Made by a program: the position numbers and the translations under genes. DNA of 62,012 bases, filler included, from Stramenopiles sp. TOSAG23-6 (taxonomy: Eukaryota): the NCBI GenBank assembly GCA_900128565.1. It is 13 parts of 13 records of this genome, joined end to end, with 100 filler letters (N's around TTAATTAATTAA, not from the genome) between each part and the next. Parts side by side here need not be neighbours in the genome. Positions count along the whole stretch, not along the records: positions 47,808 to 52,477 come from LT637093.1; positions 52,578 to 57,245 come from LT637094.1; positions 57,346 to 62,012 come from LT637095.1; 10 more parts are not named here. The stretch is one strand, 5' to 3'. Numbering within the stretch: position 1 is the stretch's first letter; each line of letters begins with the position of its first letter. The notes under the pieces are model-generated. The model did not search any database, was not told the DNA's origin, and worked only from the letters and a program-made list of their open reading frames with translations. Shown here one piece after another: positions 48,243 through 59,176 of this stretch.

Positions 48243-48836
48243 TTCTCTGAATGAAATATGTTTTCTACGACACTTTCTCTGCAGCGGTGGAATATTAAAC
48301 AAACAAGAAAGTATTTGTTTACACGAATTCTTTACGAAATTTAGAACAAAAAAATGATATAAAGAATTGTTTACACGAAAACCATCACAAAAAGAAACAA
48401 AAGATATATTTTACACGAAATCATTAAATATGTTATTTTCGAAAATGGAATTTAAATTGAGGCTAAATTGACAAAAAACAAAGATCAAACTTTCTAAAAA
48501 ATTTTGTTTAGCTGTGTGTTCGACAAGCATAACGTGCTCTTGTTATAATAGGAAAGAGCCCGTGGTGCTTCTCAAACACCCCCTGTTCTTTTTTATTTAT
48601 TTTGAGTCTGAAGCCGGATTTATTTCAAATAAATAGAAATATTTTTTGTTTTGAAGTTTAAAATGCTATAGAAAAAGAAAGAAAAATTTTGAAAATGTTT
48701 TTGTTTTATATACAATTATTTGTGCAAAATATGATTTGTATTCAATTCCTATGAGATACAAATGTTTTTTGTTGATTTCGTTTTGCTTTGTATGAAATAT
48801 TGAGATGAGTGAATTGTGGTGGCATTGGCAAAGTTG

Positions 48837-49178
48837 CTAGCCATGCTGCGTTTGCATTAGTTCTGTCGGGTAGTGACAATCTAAATGCGCATGCTCAGCA
48901 CCTTTACGTAGCATTGTCACGTCTCCGACACTGTCTTCAGCGTTTGATAAATTTTCGTTTAACAATTTTGCCAATTCTTTTACGTTTCCTGGAACATCTC
49001 CGTCTTTTGTAAACCAAAATAGCACAGCTCCGCCATCTTCTAGCATGCCATTTGGTTTTACCTCACGTAAAATTTCTTCTTTGCAATTTGTTATTTCAAG
49101 TATATCGTTAAAATCATACAATGTTTGATACTTAGGAGGTTCCGTTCCATCTTCATTGACTTTTGTAAAACAAAGCAT
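48837..49178 (-). CDS. Hypothetical protein
   Basis: 113-codon ORF with protein-like composition. Confidence 0.35.
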   Translation of the reverse strand: MLCFTKVNEDGTEPPKYQTLYDFNDILEITNCKEEILREVKPNGMLEDGGAVLFWFTKDGDVPGNVKELAKLLNENLSNAEDSVGDVTMLRKGAEHAHLDCHYPTELMQTQHG

Positions 49179-49467
49179 GTCAACTTTTCGCGTTGGTATG
49201 AATGTCCCTTCTTTGCATTTTGGAGGATGTTGTGTGCATCCTTTTCTTGATAAAATCTTACTTTGTTTTTCTGTTCAAATAGAAAGTACAAACAAACAAC
49301 ACAGAAGAACGATTCAAAGAGTCAGCAAAAGTGTGACGAAAAAAGAGCCAGCAACAGTGTACGAAAAAAAGAAAATTAACTACGAAAATTTGTACCAAAA
49401 TTTATCAAAAGAATCCTATAATCACTCCAGGAACACCACCCGTAACCTGGGGTGTGATATATACATA

Positions 49468-50732
49468 TCAAGAATAATCTCTCTCTGGAATCTCCCATGT
49501 ATTGTGAACAAAAAAACACGAAATCATGAAAAAAAACATTAGGTATGAAATTTTGGTACAAAAAAATAAAATTTGAAATTGAAAACGTACATGCAATCTC
49601 CCCTGTATCTGAATGTTTATAAATGTATTCATCACTGATTTCATCTTTTTGTTTGATCCATTTTTCTCTTTCCAGTTGCATAAGAAATTTTCTACTGTAC
49701 TTAAAAAAATATTTCAAAAAAAATCATTAGGTACAAAATTTCGTATGAAAAAAACAACTAAATTTGAAATTGAAAAAAAAATAAAACAAACACTTCTGCA
49801 GTTTTTTGACGATGTTTTTCAACTTGATTTGTTCTTTTATATAAACGTATGAGTGGTGAAAAATATTTTTTTTTAGTAAAAAGAAAGTTGTTAGGTATGG
49901 AATTTAAAAAAAAAAAATTCATTAGGTACGAAATTTTGTATGAAAAAAAAATTAAATTCCAAATTCAATATTGAATACGTACAAACGGACATTTTTCATA
50001 TATTGTGTATATCCTTTCCATTGATTAAAAATTCTCATGACACTTTGATTAGCCATGTAATTTTGGAAATAAATATATATTTTTTTTAGGGTTTGTTAGT
50101 TCTTTAAATTTCATGATACACAAAAAAAAAATTTTAAAAAATATATTTTTCTTAGGTACAAAATTTCGTACTAAAAAAAGAAAATTAAAAAAACTACAAA
50201 AAAATTTAAAAAAAGTTTAAAAAAAAATTAAAAAAAAATGTTTAGGTACAAAATTTCGTACCAAAAAAAAAACGTACATACGCCATATAGTTTGTCGTAA
50301 TATTTTATACTCTCTATCAATTCGTTGTTTTTCTTTTGTTACAAATTTTTGTACATATTTATGTTGTTCAGCTAAAATTAAAGTTTTAATTAAATGTTTA
50401 TATTTTTTGGATGCTTTTTCTATTGTAATTAAATTAGTGTTAGGTTGATATGTTGTTGTTGTAGGTGTATTCTTATTTTTATCTACAGAATTAAAGTACG
50501 AAGAAGATTCGCTAGGGTTAGGGTTCTCGAGAAGAATTTTATCCCATACAATATTTGATTGTTGTTGTTCAAATTCATTCATTTTTAATTCTACTTCATA
50601 TTTTGGATGTTTTCGATTCTCATTTTCTTGATTTTGTTTTTTTTGTAACAAATCTAATATTGTATCAAATTTATTCTGTTGTTTGATGGTTAATTCTGAA
50701 ATACCTTTTTTTATATTTCGTGTTTTAATTTT
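49468..50732 (-). CDS. Protein with C-terminal WW domain; join(50732..50278, 50054..49983, 49848..49792, 49694..49591, 49496..49468); 5'-truncated
   Basis: Four family introns removed in one register give a continuous frame ending WIKQKDEISDEYIYKHSDTGEIAWEIPERDYS*. Confidence 0.82.
49497..49590 (-). other. GT-AT family intron, 94 nt, splitting the second Trp codon of the WW domain
   Basis: gca t|GTACGTTTT...ttcacaatacAT|gg gag; no AG inside. Confidence 0.9.
49695..49791 (-). other. GT-AG member of the same family, 97 nt
   Basis: gaa gt|GTTTGTTTT...tttaagtacAG|t aga. Confidence 0.85.
49849..49982 (-). other. GT-AT family intron, 134 nt
   Basis: cgt tt|GTACGTATT...ttcaccactcAT|a cgt. Confidence 0.8.
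50055..50277 (-). other. GT-AT family intron, 223 nt, two cores
   Basis: cgt at|GTACGTTTT...ccaaaattacAT|g gct. Confidence 0.8.
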
Positions 50733-50754
50733 TTAAATATTTTTTACAATACTT

Positions 50755-52477
50755 TGTGAATGTATTTACTTGACAGATTTGTGCCTCTCCAATAATAGGT
50801 TAAAAGTATATTATCTTTATATATCATTTTCTTTGATACTTTAATGAATCAAGTACACAATATCTAGTATAAAATATTTCATTTTTTTAAACTCTTTTTA
50901 TTATTTTTATATACATTTTACATAGTACATATACTCCCTGAAAATCTTGCAGAAAAATGTACATTTTCACTCAATTTCCTATTAATTTATGTTTTTTCCT
51001 AGACAATATTGTACCTAATAAAAAAAAATTAAAATATTTTTCAAAAATAAATGTACAAATTTAACAAGTTTGGATATAACAAAAAATTATTTGACAACAT
51101 TACCAAAAAATTGTGGAAATTGGAAAAAACTACCCAATTTAAACTTGACTCATAACAAATTTATAACTGTACCTGAATCATTTGGTGAATTGAAATTAAC
51201 AAAATTGAAAATGTCAGTAAATAAGTGTTTGTTTTATTTTTTTTCAATTTCAAATTATTTTTTCATACGAAATTTTGTACCTAACGATTTTTTTTTGAAA
51301 TATTTTTTCATAGTAATCTAATTGAATGGCCACTGCCAATTAATAAAATAAGTGACACTTTGATTGTTTTACAAATGAATTGTAATTCTTTAACTGAAAT
51401 ACCAAATTCAATTACAACACTAACACAATTAAGGCGATTATGTACGTTTTTATCATTTTTTTTTTTATTATTTTTTTTTCATACGAAATTTTGTACCTAA
51501 ACAATTTTTTTTTTAATTATTTTTTTAATGATTTTTTTAATTATTTTTAGTATTATTTTTAGTATCATTTTGAATTTATTTTTGTACCTAATGTATACAA
51601 ATTTGATATTGTTTTTATAACACATGGCTGTGTAACAATAAAATCAAAGTATTTCAAGAAAAATTATGTGAAATGACAAAATTGGACCAATTATGGCTCG
51701 ATTGGAATTGTATAGAAGAATGTACTTTTTCATCATTTATTTTAATTTATTTTTTTTCGTACGAAATTTCGTACCTAACAAAAACAAATTTACTATTTTT
51801 TCACAATATATTACCTATGGAATTTAGATTCATGACATCACTACAAGTACTCAAAATGGAAGGTAATCCAATGATGATGCCACATACAGAAGTTGTAGCA
51901 AAAGTATTTCATCACTAATATCAAATTTATTTTTTGTTTCATGGAATTTTTTTTTAAATTTTACCCAACACAAAAAATTAATTTTGAAATTTCAATGTTT
52001 TTTATTTTTTTTAGTAAAAAATTTTCGTACCTAACAAATTTCAAATAAATTTTATACTTTTATATTTCTCAGGGTGCTCAAAAAGTTCGAAATTTTCTTC
52101 AAACAAAATTTGATCGAATAATTGCTGATGAAGTTTTGAATGTAATTAAAGCATTTATTCGAACTTTACATGTATATTTTCATGATGAATTAAAAAAAAA
52201 AAATTCATACAAAATTCCGTACCTAATGATTTTTTTTTATGATTTCGTGTTTTTTTTTTACATAACATGTCATAAGAAGAAATCAACATACACCAAGTAC
52301 ATCTGGAGGATATACAGGAGCAGGAGATACTTCATCACCAGATCCTTTATTTGAAGATAATGAAAATTATATATCAGTTGATAATAATGATTCAAAAGAA
52401 GAAGAAAAAAAAGTAAACCCTAACCCTACAAAAAAAAAAGTAAACCCTAACCCTACCAAAAAAAAAAAAAAAAAAAA
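50755..52477 (+). CDS. Leucine-rich repeat protein; exons 50755-50805, 50931-50958, 51053-51226, 51319-51441, 51626-51721, 51812-51903, 52073-52171, 52269-52477; truncated at both ends
   Basis: Spliced product keeps LxxLxLxxNxLxxLP periodicity and the cap GNPMMMPHTEVVAKGAQKVRNFL. Confidence 0.85.
50806..50930 (+). other. GT-AT intron, 125 nt (no palindromic core)
   Basis: tta aaa|GTATATTAT...catagtacAT|ata ctc cct; the AG 5 nt upstream would frameshift. Confidence 0.8.
50959..51052 (+). other. GT-AT family intron, 94 nt, 9-nt direct repeat AAATGTACA at both ends
   Basis: aaa t|GTACATTTT...aaataaAT|gt aca. Confidence 0.85.
51227..51318 (+). other. Family intron, ambiguous ends (GT..TC in family register, or GT-AG 51225-51313 adding one residue)
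   Basis: Full core present; both readings are in frame. Confidence 0.7.
51442..51625 (+). other. GT-AT family intron, 184 nt, two cores
   Basis: tta t|GTACGTTTT...tataacacAT|gg ctg; restores LRRLWLCNN. Confidence 0.85.
51722..51811 (+). other. GT-AT family intron, 90 nt, perfect 16-bp palindrome, no AG
   Basis: gaa t|GTACTTTTT...GTACGAAATTTCGTACctaac...tcacaatatAT|ta cct; restores NCIEELP. Confidence 0.9.
51904..52072 (+). other. GT-AG intron carrying the family core, 169 nt
   Basis: gca aaa|GTATTTC...ttcgtacctaac...tttctcAG|ggt gct. Confidence 0.85.
52172..52268 (+). other. GT-AT family intron, 97 nt
   Basis: tta cat|GTATATTTT...tacataacAT|gtc ata; ACATGT at both ends. Confidence 0.8.
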
Positions 52478-52989
52478 NNNNNNNNNNNNNNNNNNNNNNN
52501 NNNNNNNNNNNNNNNNNNNNNTTAATTAATTAANNNNNNNNNNNNNNNNNNNNNNNNNNNNNNNNNNNNNNNNNNNNTTTATTAGAAGCATACAATAAAA
52601 TAAGCGATTTATGATATTTGTTTATTAGAAGCACTAAATTTTATGTTTTTTTTAAATCTCTCCCAGCAGCAAAAGGAAAAAAAATAATTTCGTTCGGGTT
52701 TTGACCATTAGGATTTTTTTTTCGTCATTGCATTCGCATTCCAATTAAAAATACTATTACTAGTAGCCATTTTCTTACAGATTTTTCTTTGCCGAAATCG
52801 AAATATAATAAAAAAATCTATGTTTTTATTACCTACTTTTTTATTGAAAAAAAATATAGATAATAACCCAACCATTCCTTTTCACAATAATATATAAAAT
52901 ATTTTATGAATTATTTTCAAATTAAGAATTATACGAAATTTTCCCACGCCAAACCTTTTGAATGTTTATGGTGGCACTAAGCCATCTTC

Positions 52990-54135
52990 TTATTCTGTCA
53001 ACATTCGAAAACATTCTCGAAATAAATCATAACTAAGGTTTTGAGTAGTTAGAGGGTATTTGTCTTCTTTAGTTGTAGGTTCAAAATTTCTATCGTACCT
53101 CTCTGCGTCTTCAGTTAAATACTTAATAGCATATATTTGACTAATTCCAAGAAGCGTGTCCATTCGGTATTTGCAATAATTGGTGGTCGTACATATATTG
53201 GGACTGCTGTACGGGTAGTAAACTTCTTTGAATTGATCTTTTCGGTCATTAAAAAATTTTACCATTGGCCCCGTTGGTGACATAACAGCCATAGCTGTAC
53301 ACTTGAGACTATTGGCTTCAGCCTCTAATTCTTCGAATATTTGTGTCCTAAAGGACTTTTCTTGTGACGTATCTTTCAAAGTAAGATATAATGTTGTTTT
53401 GTGAATACCTTGAAATCGTAAAATACAGCCACCGTCCCAATCGTTTGTATTTGGATAGTACAAATATGTACCTATTGCACCAACAATGATATTATTGATC
53501 TTGGCAATGTATATTCCAACATCAAATTTTTTCTCATTGTAATAAGAATTCAACTTTTTGATATCACACTCCCTGTACTTGCGTGGTTCATACTCTTTCA
53601 TAAAAAGCATCATGCACACATCTTCGAACACATTCATCATAAAATCACCATGTGGGGTTAAACCCAACTCCTCTTTATATTTACGTTGAAGGGAAAGCAC
53701 ACGTTTACATTCTCTATACGAAGAAGATCGTGTAATTTCCATAGGGTATTCTGAAGAATCGAAACCAGCGGATGAAAATGTACCAAATTTTTCAGCCTCT
53801 TGTTTGAGTTTTTTAAGTTGTTCCTTTGTTGGATTTAAAATAGTATCACCCATTACTTTGTATCGATCTTTTTCAAGTTGTTCAAAAAGCAATTCGTCAC
53901 TCTCATCATACTTACCTTTTACAAAATCATTCCAATCAGCAATTTTTTTTTTGGCTTTTTTCTCATCTTGGCCAAAGCGAAAGGAAATATATGCCTCATT
54001 ATATACGTCTTGCCTTACATCCCCTAACCAGTGCCTATCTTCCGGTTCCGGCGTCAACGCTGCAAGAGTTGTTTCCAGATTATTCGAAAAAAAGAGCAAA
54101 CATAGTAACAAATGGAAAATGGAAAAGTTTCGCAT
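52990..54135 (-). CDS. Duplicate of 46150-47295
   Basis: Identical translation. Confidence 0.65.
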   Translation of the reverse strand: MRNFSIFHLLLCLLFFSNNLETTLAALTPEPEDRHWLGDVRQDVYNEAYISFRFGQDEKKAKKKIADWNDFVKGKYDESDELLFEQLEKDRYKVMGDTILNPTKEQLKKLKQEAEKFGTFSSAGFDSSEYPMEITRSSSYRECKRVLSLQRKYKEELGLTPHGDFMMNVFEDVCMMLFMKEYEPRKYRECDIKKLNSYYNEKKFDVGIYIAKINNIIVGAIGTYLYYPNTNDWDGGCILRFQGIHKTTLYLTLKDTSQEKSFRTQIFEELEAEANSLKCTAMAVMSPTGPMVKFFNDRKDQFKEVYYPYSSPNICTTTNYCKYRMDTLLGISQIYAIKYLTEDAERYDRNFEPTTKEDKYPLTTQNLSYDLFRECFRMLTE

Positions 54136-55785
54136 GCTTGATACGAGTTTCGTGGAATGTGGAATCGGCGCGGAACGGTTTATTATGTTTTTTTGAAATT
54201 TGAACGAATTTGAGGTTTGAAACTTGTTGGCTACGCCCAGAGGGACCAGATATGAAATATTTCGTGTTATTTTGTGTCGTTTACTGTGTCTGGTGTTCGA
54301 TGCATATAAGATATATAAGATTTACTCTGTACTATTTTAAGATTGAGTTATTTTGTTTTTATTTCTGAATTTATCAATAATTAAGATTTGATAGATAAAA
54401 TCATTGAAGTAGATTTATTCTGTTAAGATTGAGTCATTTTGTTTTTAATTTTGAATTTATTAATAATTAAGATGTTGTCTTACACGTACATCGACATACA
54501 TAAGATAATTCTATATATATAGAGTAATTTAAAATAGGGGGGGCGCTGCGCCCCCCCCCCTAACCCCCCCAGCCCGACCATACTACTTACAATCATGGAT
54601 AAATTCAGCTGATTGACTGACGATATCGTTTGTCAATTTGTCAATTTACATAACTGTCAATTTGTCAATTTACATAACAATTTTTTTCTTGAAGATAGAT
54701 AAAATTACTGAACTAGATTTGATAGATAAAATCACTGAACTATAGATTTATACCTTTTCACCCTTTTCTCTCATTAAATCCTTAAAACATTAATTTTGAA
54801 ATTTGCTTCAGTATAAATTATTGAATTCTAGACATCTTCAATAAATGGAAGCAACAACCCATGACCCATTAACGTTGTATGCAAAGTAAAAAAAAGGAAA
54901 ACGTTAACGTGACATAATAAATTTATTTATAATTTTTGTCGTCTTGAATATTAGTCTTTCAACATGTTGTCTTACACGTACATAAGATATTTCTATAAAT
55001 ATAGAGTAATTTNAAAACTNANCCCCCCCANCCNAACAAGCCTCAATTTGTGAATGTATCCAACTAAAGATATAAAGAAACATAACTTCAAAAACATGAA
55101 ACGTGCGACATAACCATGTTCGCGAACAATGTACATCGACAAAATATACAAAACTACAAACTCATACCTTGTAAAACATGACTCGTTCTAACCGTATAAT
55201 CAGCCTCAAACCGTATCCTCATCCTCAAACCGTATCCAATCAAAGATACATATCCTGAAAATATACAACATACAACAAAACCAAGTTAGTAAACAAGACC
55301 GATTAACATAAGCAACACAGATGCAAAATATACGCATGTAGTGTCGCTGAAGCACCGTCAGCATCCACCAGCGACTCCTTCGGTATTATACTGTAGATTC
55401 AACGTCGCGAATTCGTATCCAGTAAAACCGAAAAAGATACATAACTCAAAAAATACACAACGGACAACAAAATCACGCTACAGTGATGTTTATTAGTATA
55501 CATCAAAGACACCTTCAAACCTATAGGGTGTAAGACGCTTTACACACAACGGACTATGCATTGTACAAACAACAAAAAATAATTCATACGAAAAAATGTA
55601 CCTAGGAAAATTTAACAAAATCGAAGTGAAGACCGTCGTGGTCGCCGGACCGAATGGAAGGCTCATAGAATATAAAAAATATTCCGGGGATTCCCGGTAC
55701 CTATATATTATTTCATATCTGGAATTTTTTTTTTTGGACTTTTTATGAGCGAACTTTTGGACATAAAAAAAAATAGCTTCAAAGT

Positions 55786-56370
55786 TTGTTCGTTACCGGG
55801 TATCCAACAATTCAGTTCGTGAACGAAAATTCTCTCAAAAAAGAGTGTAGTGGTGTAACAACTTTGATTGATAGTCTAGCCTACAACGACGTATACAACT
55901 GTGACAATACAATGGCATCGTTTGGAATATCTAATCAAGATAAACCCCTCAAGATGGATATGTCNTCTGTTCTATCCGAGCTTGAGGTTGTGAAGCCTGT
56001 TCCAAAGAAAGAAGAGATTATGTCACTCAAGGCATTGAACTTTTTGAAATTTACATCGCCAAAATCGACAGCTACCGAAAAGTCTGTAGTAAAGGCTTCC
56101 TCTGTAGACGAGATAAAGAAGACTTCTAATCGTAAAGCACTGTTAAATGATATTCAAACATTCGGCACTAGTTCAGAAAAGCAACTAAAGAGTGTTAAAA
56201 AATTAGTTCAAAGTAGTAAAGAAGCAAAGGAAAAGCGGTTAATGCTCAAAAGTTCTAGAGCCAATCGNAGGAAAAAAAAAAAGAGTATACGTGGTTCTTC
56301 ATACAAGGATAAATTTGCTTCAAAGATTTCTCGGCGCGAAAAAAAGAAAACACGTTATAAACCATATTAA
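55786..56370 (+). CDS. Duplicate of 43915-44499
   Basis: Identical translation. Confidence 0.5.
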   Translation: MFVTGYPTIQFVNENSLKKECSGVTTLIDSLAYNDVYNCDNTMASFGISNQDKPLKMDMXSVLSELEVVKPVPKKEEIMSLKALNFLKFTSPKSTATEKSVVKASSVDEIKKTSNRKALLNDIQTFGTSSEKQLKSVKKLVQSSKEAKEKRLMLKSSRANXRKKKKSIRGSSYKDKFASKISRREKKKTRYKPY

Positions 56371-56480
56371 TCATATTTTGATTGTATTATATTATATTTA
56401 TAAAAGAAAACCTAAACAATGATACAACTCAAATGTAGGCGTGACCTACATCATAACCTCAACCTCAACCCTACTCTATT

Positions 56481-57226
56481 TTAGGCATGACCTACACCAA
56501 ATATTGACATTGACCATCTCCTACCGTCTAAGCCTTTAAATGAACTTTCTTTATACGCTTCATTATCCCAATGGATGAATGTAGAGAAATTCTTAACTCC
56601 TTTTCTTGTGTTTTTATATAATCTCCATCGACGGCGACCTCTACTTACCTTGGTGGTACATGTTTTGTGAAATTTTTTTTTTTTTTTTTGTAAAATTTGT
56701 TAGGTACAAAATTACGTACGAAAAAAAAAATTAGACAAAAAATTGAAAAAAATAAAATATACTTGGAGGTTCTTTAGAATTCATTTTTTTTTTTTTTTTT
56801 TGAAAATCAAGACCATATAAAAGTTCCTCTTCTTCTTCGTCTTCATAATCATCATAATATTCAGCATTTCGATCTTCATCACTACGAGATGTTAATATAT
56901 ATATACCGAAAGCATCAAAAACAATGCCACAAAATATAGTTACCAATTGAAGATAATTCGTGTTTTTTGAAGAAATATTTGAAATTTGAAATTTGTTAGC
57001 TAGTCTATAGAATTTTCATAGAAAAAAAAATTGAAAAAAAATTGAAAAAAATTTTTAATTGAAACCGTTGAAAAAAATTGATATCTGAAAAAAAAAATGG
57101 TATGGAATTTCCATAGTAAAAAAAAAAATGGTATGGAATTTCCATAGTAAAGAAAAATAAAATTATGTGATGATAACGTATATGGCTCGATAGTCTTGAT
57201 AATAAATAAGACCCATTATTATTTTT
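56481..57226 (-). CDS. Second version of the NIPA-like C-terminus (introns 56960-57181 and 56660-56762)
   Basis: Same structure as 43054-43804; QDYRAM instead of QDYRVM. Confidence 0.6.
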
Positions 57227-57345
57227 ATAGTTTGTGAAGAAATATNNNNNNNNNNNNNNNNNNNNNNNNNNNNNNNNNNNNNNNNNNNNTTAATTAATTA
57301 ANNNNNNNNNNNNNNNNNNNNNNNNNNNNNNNNNNNNNNNNNNNN

Positions 57346-58149
57346 TGATTCATATGTGTTGTCATGTATCAGCAAAGACTGTAGTTTATTTAAGTTGGTC
57401 AGTTCATATGGGATCCGATTTACTAGATGATTACCATTGAGATCTACATTTACAAGATTACCAAGTCTGCCAAGTGAATCAGGAATAAAACCTTTGAAGC
57501 TATTGCAACCAAAATATATGTTTTCAAGTGACTTTAATTCTCCAATTTCAGCAGGAATAATATCACCAATTGCCCCTCGGACTCTCTTCTCTTTAGTTTT
57601 GTTGTCGAAACCACAGTTATTCAAATTCAAGGAGATTAAATGTTGCAAAGATCCCTTTGTAAATCTCAAGTTTCCTGTCAATTTATCTCCATTTCTTCCT
57701 AGATTGATAACACGGATATACTCAATTTCAAAAATTTGATGCGGTAAAACTCCGACTAGGTTATTACCCCATTCCTTCTCCTTAACATGCACATGTCTAA
57801 CCTCCTGTGGTATTGTTTTGCCGTGTCTGTCCACTATTGTGGGAATGAAACTTCCACTCAAGTCAATACCAATTATTCGTTGATGGCTATGGTATCTCTT
57901 ATCGTGTGCTTGCTCACATGCAGGAATTTGACCACACATCATACACGTAAGACCATACCAGGCGATGCAATTTCCCTCACTATCTCCCCCACCCATACAA
58001 CATGGATTTTCGTCTCCAGTCCAACCTTTGTTTTGTATCCAGTTTTTTCCGTCTGTAGATTCAAAAAGGTTTTTTACTGCGACATAGTCCTTTTCATTAG
58101 TTGCGCCATTAATAGAGACGATCAAATACACAAACAAAAGAATTAACAT
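57346..58149 (-). CDS. Secreted or receptor-like LRR protein; 3'-truncated
   Basis: Signal peptide MLILLFVYLIVSINGA; LFESTDGKNW...GW...C...WYGLTC cap; LxxNxLxGxIP-type repeats. Confidence 0.88.
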
Positions 58150-58364
58150 GTTGAGATTTGTTGTATGTGTATTTTGTATACTTTGCATTGGAAGAAGTTG
58201 CGTAAAAAAGTCAACGGTTGTTGAGTACACTAGAATAAGATAGAAGTTAGAAACACAAAGTGAAACCGATATTTTTTGGTTTTTGTACCGAAAACGGAAA
58301 ACCTCCGGAATTCATCAAGCAGGTTTGTTCATGTTTAAAAAGCGTAGAGCCAGTGTGCACACAC

Positions 58365-58838
58365 ATGCACTCGCGTCCACTCGCAGAGTTGTCTGGCAAG
58401 GCTACAGTTCAATTCAACATGAAAACAAGCAATTTATGTAGCAGTAAGGGTGTCTCTCAATGTGATAAAATTACAGTTGAATGGTTTGCAAAAGCTGCAA
58501 AAGCTGCAAATCAAGGCGATTATAAAACTGCTGTAAAATGGTATACAAAAGCTGCAAATCAAGGCAATATAGAAGCACAGTATAGTCTTGGAGTATGTTA
58601 TTATTTTGGTTTTGGTGTCACTAAATGTTATAAAACTGCCGCTAAATGGTTGGAAAAATCTGCAAATCAAGGATATAAGGAAGCACAAGCCTTTCTTGCT
58701 AAGTGTTACATTTGTGGTATTGGTGTCACTAAATGTTTGAAAACTGCAGCAAAATGGAACAGAAAAGCAGAAAAGCAGATGAAAGACACAGATGAGGATT
58801 GTTTCAGAAAAATCATAATGAAACAGAGTAGAATATAA
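58365..58838 (+). CDS. SEL1-like repeat protein; start uncertain
   Basis: AVKWYTKAANQGNIEAQYSLGVCYYFGFGV repeats. Confidence 0.85.
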   Translation: MHSRPLAELSGKATVQFNMKTSNLCSSKGVSQCDKITVEWFAKAAKAANQGDYKTAVKWYTKAANQGNIEAQYSLGVCYYFGFGVTKCYKTAAKWLEKSANQGYKEAQAFLAKCYICGIGVTKCLKTAAKWNRKAEKQMKDTDEDCFRKIIMKQSRI

Positions 58839-59176
58839 AAAAATATCGTACAAAAAATGAAAGACTTATTTTTTATTACACTCTCTATTGAAATTATAAT
58901 TATTTTCGTAGTAATTTACTAGTGGTTATATTTCAAATAAAATAGATTTTTTTTTGGAAGATTTTTTTGGAAGGTTTTTTTTTCTCTTTTATGGAACAAA
59001 CCTGATTTGTTGGAATTTCTTAGACCTTACCCAATCACTGTTTACTCTTTTTAACCAAGAAAGATTTAAGATTTTTGGAGTATCGACAGATTCATAATTG
59101 GAATACTATAAAAGTTTGGAATAAAATCATTATATTAGATCATCTTTATTGGTCGAAAATTGTTTGTTCAGGAGGT

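Larger units (their letters stand above)
52578..57245 (-). repeat. Reverse-complement copy of contig 43035-47707, differing only in the last ~300 bp
   Basis: Coordinates map as p to 100285-p; even the N positions match. Confidence 0.95.

Noticed and set aside
26870-52268. DNA-level eliminated sequences (ciliate IES-like) rather than introns
   Set aside because: All intragenic copies are sense to the host gene and carry donor and branch-like signals, which points to RNA splicing.
43035-57245. Large inverted repeat flanking 47808-52477 as a transposon with long TIRs
   Set aside because: The arms are separate contigs between spacers and share even their N positions; adjacency is due to length sorting.
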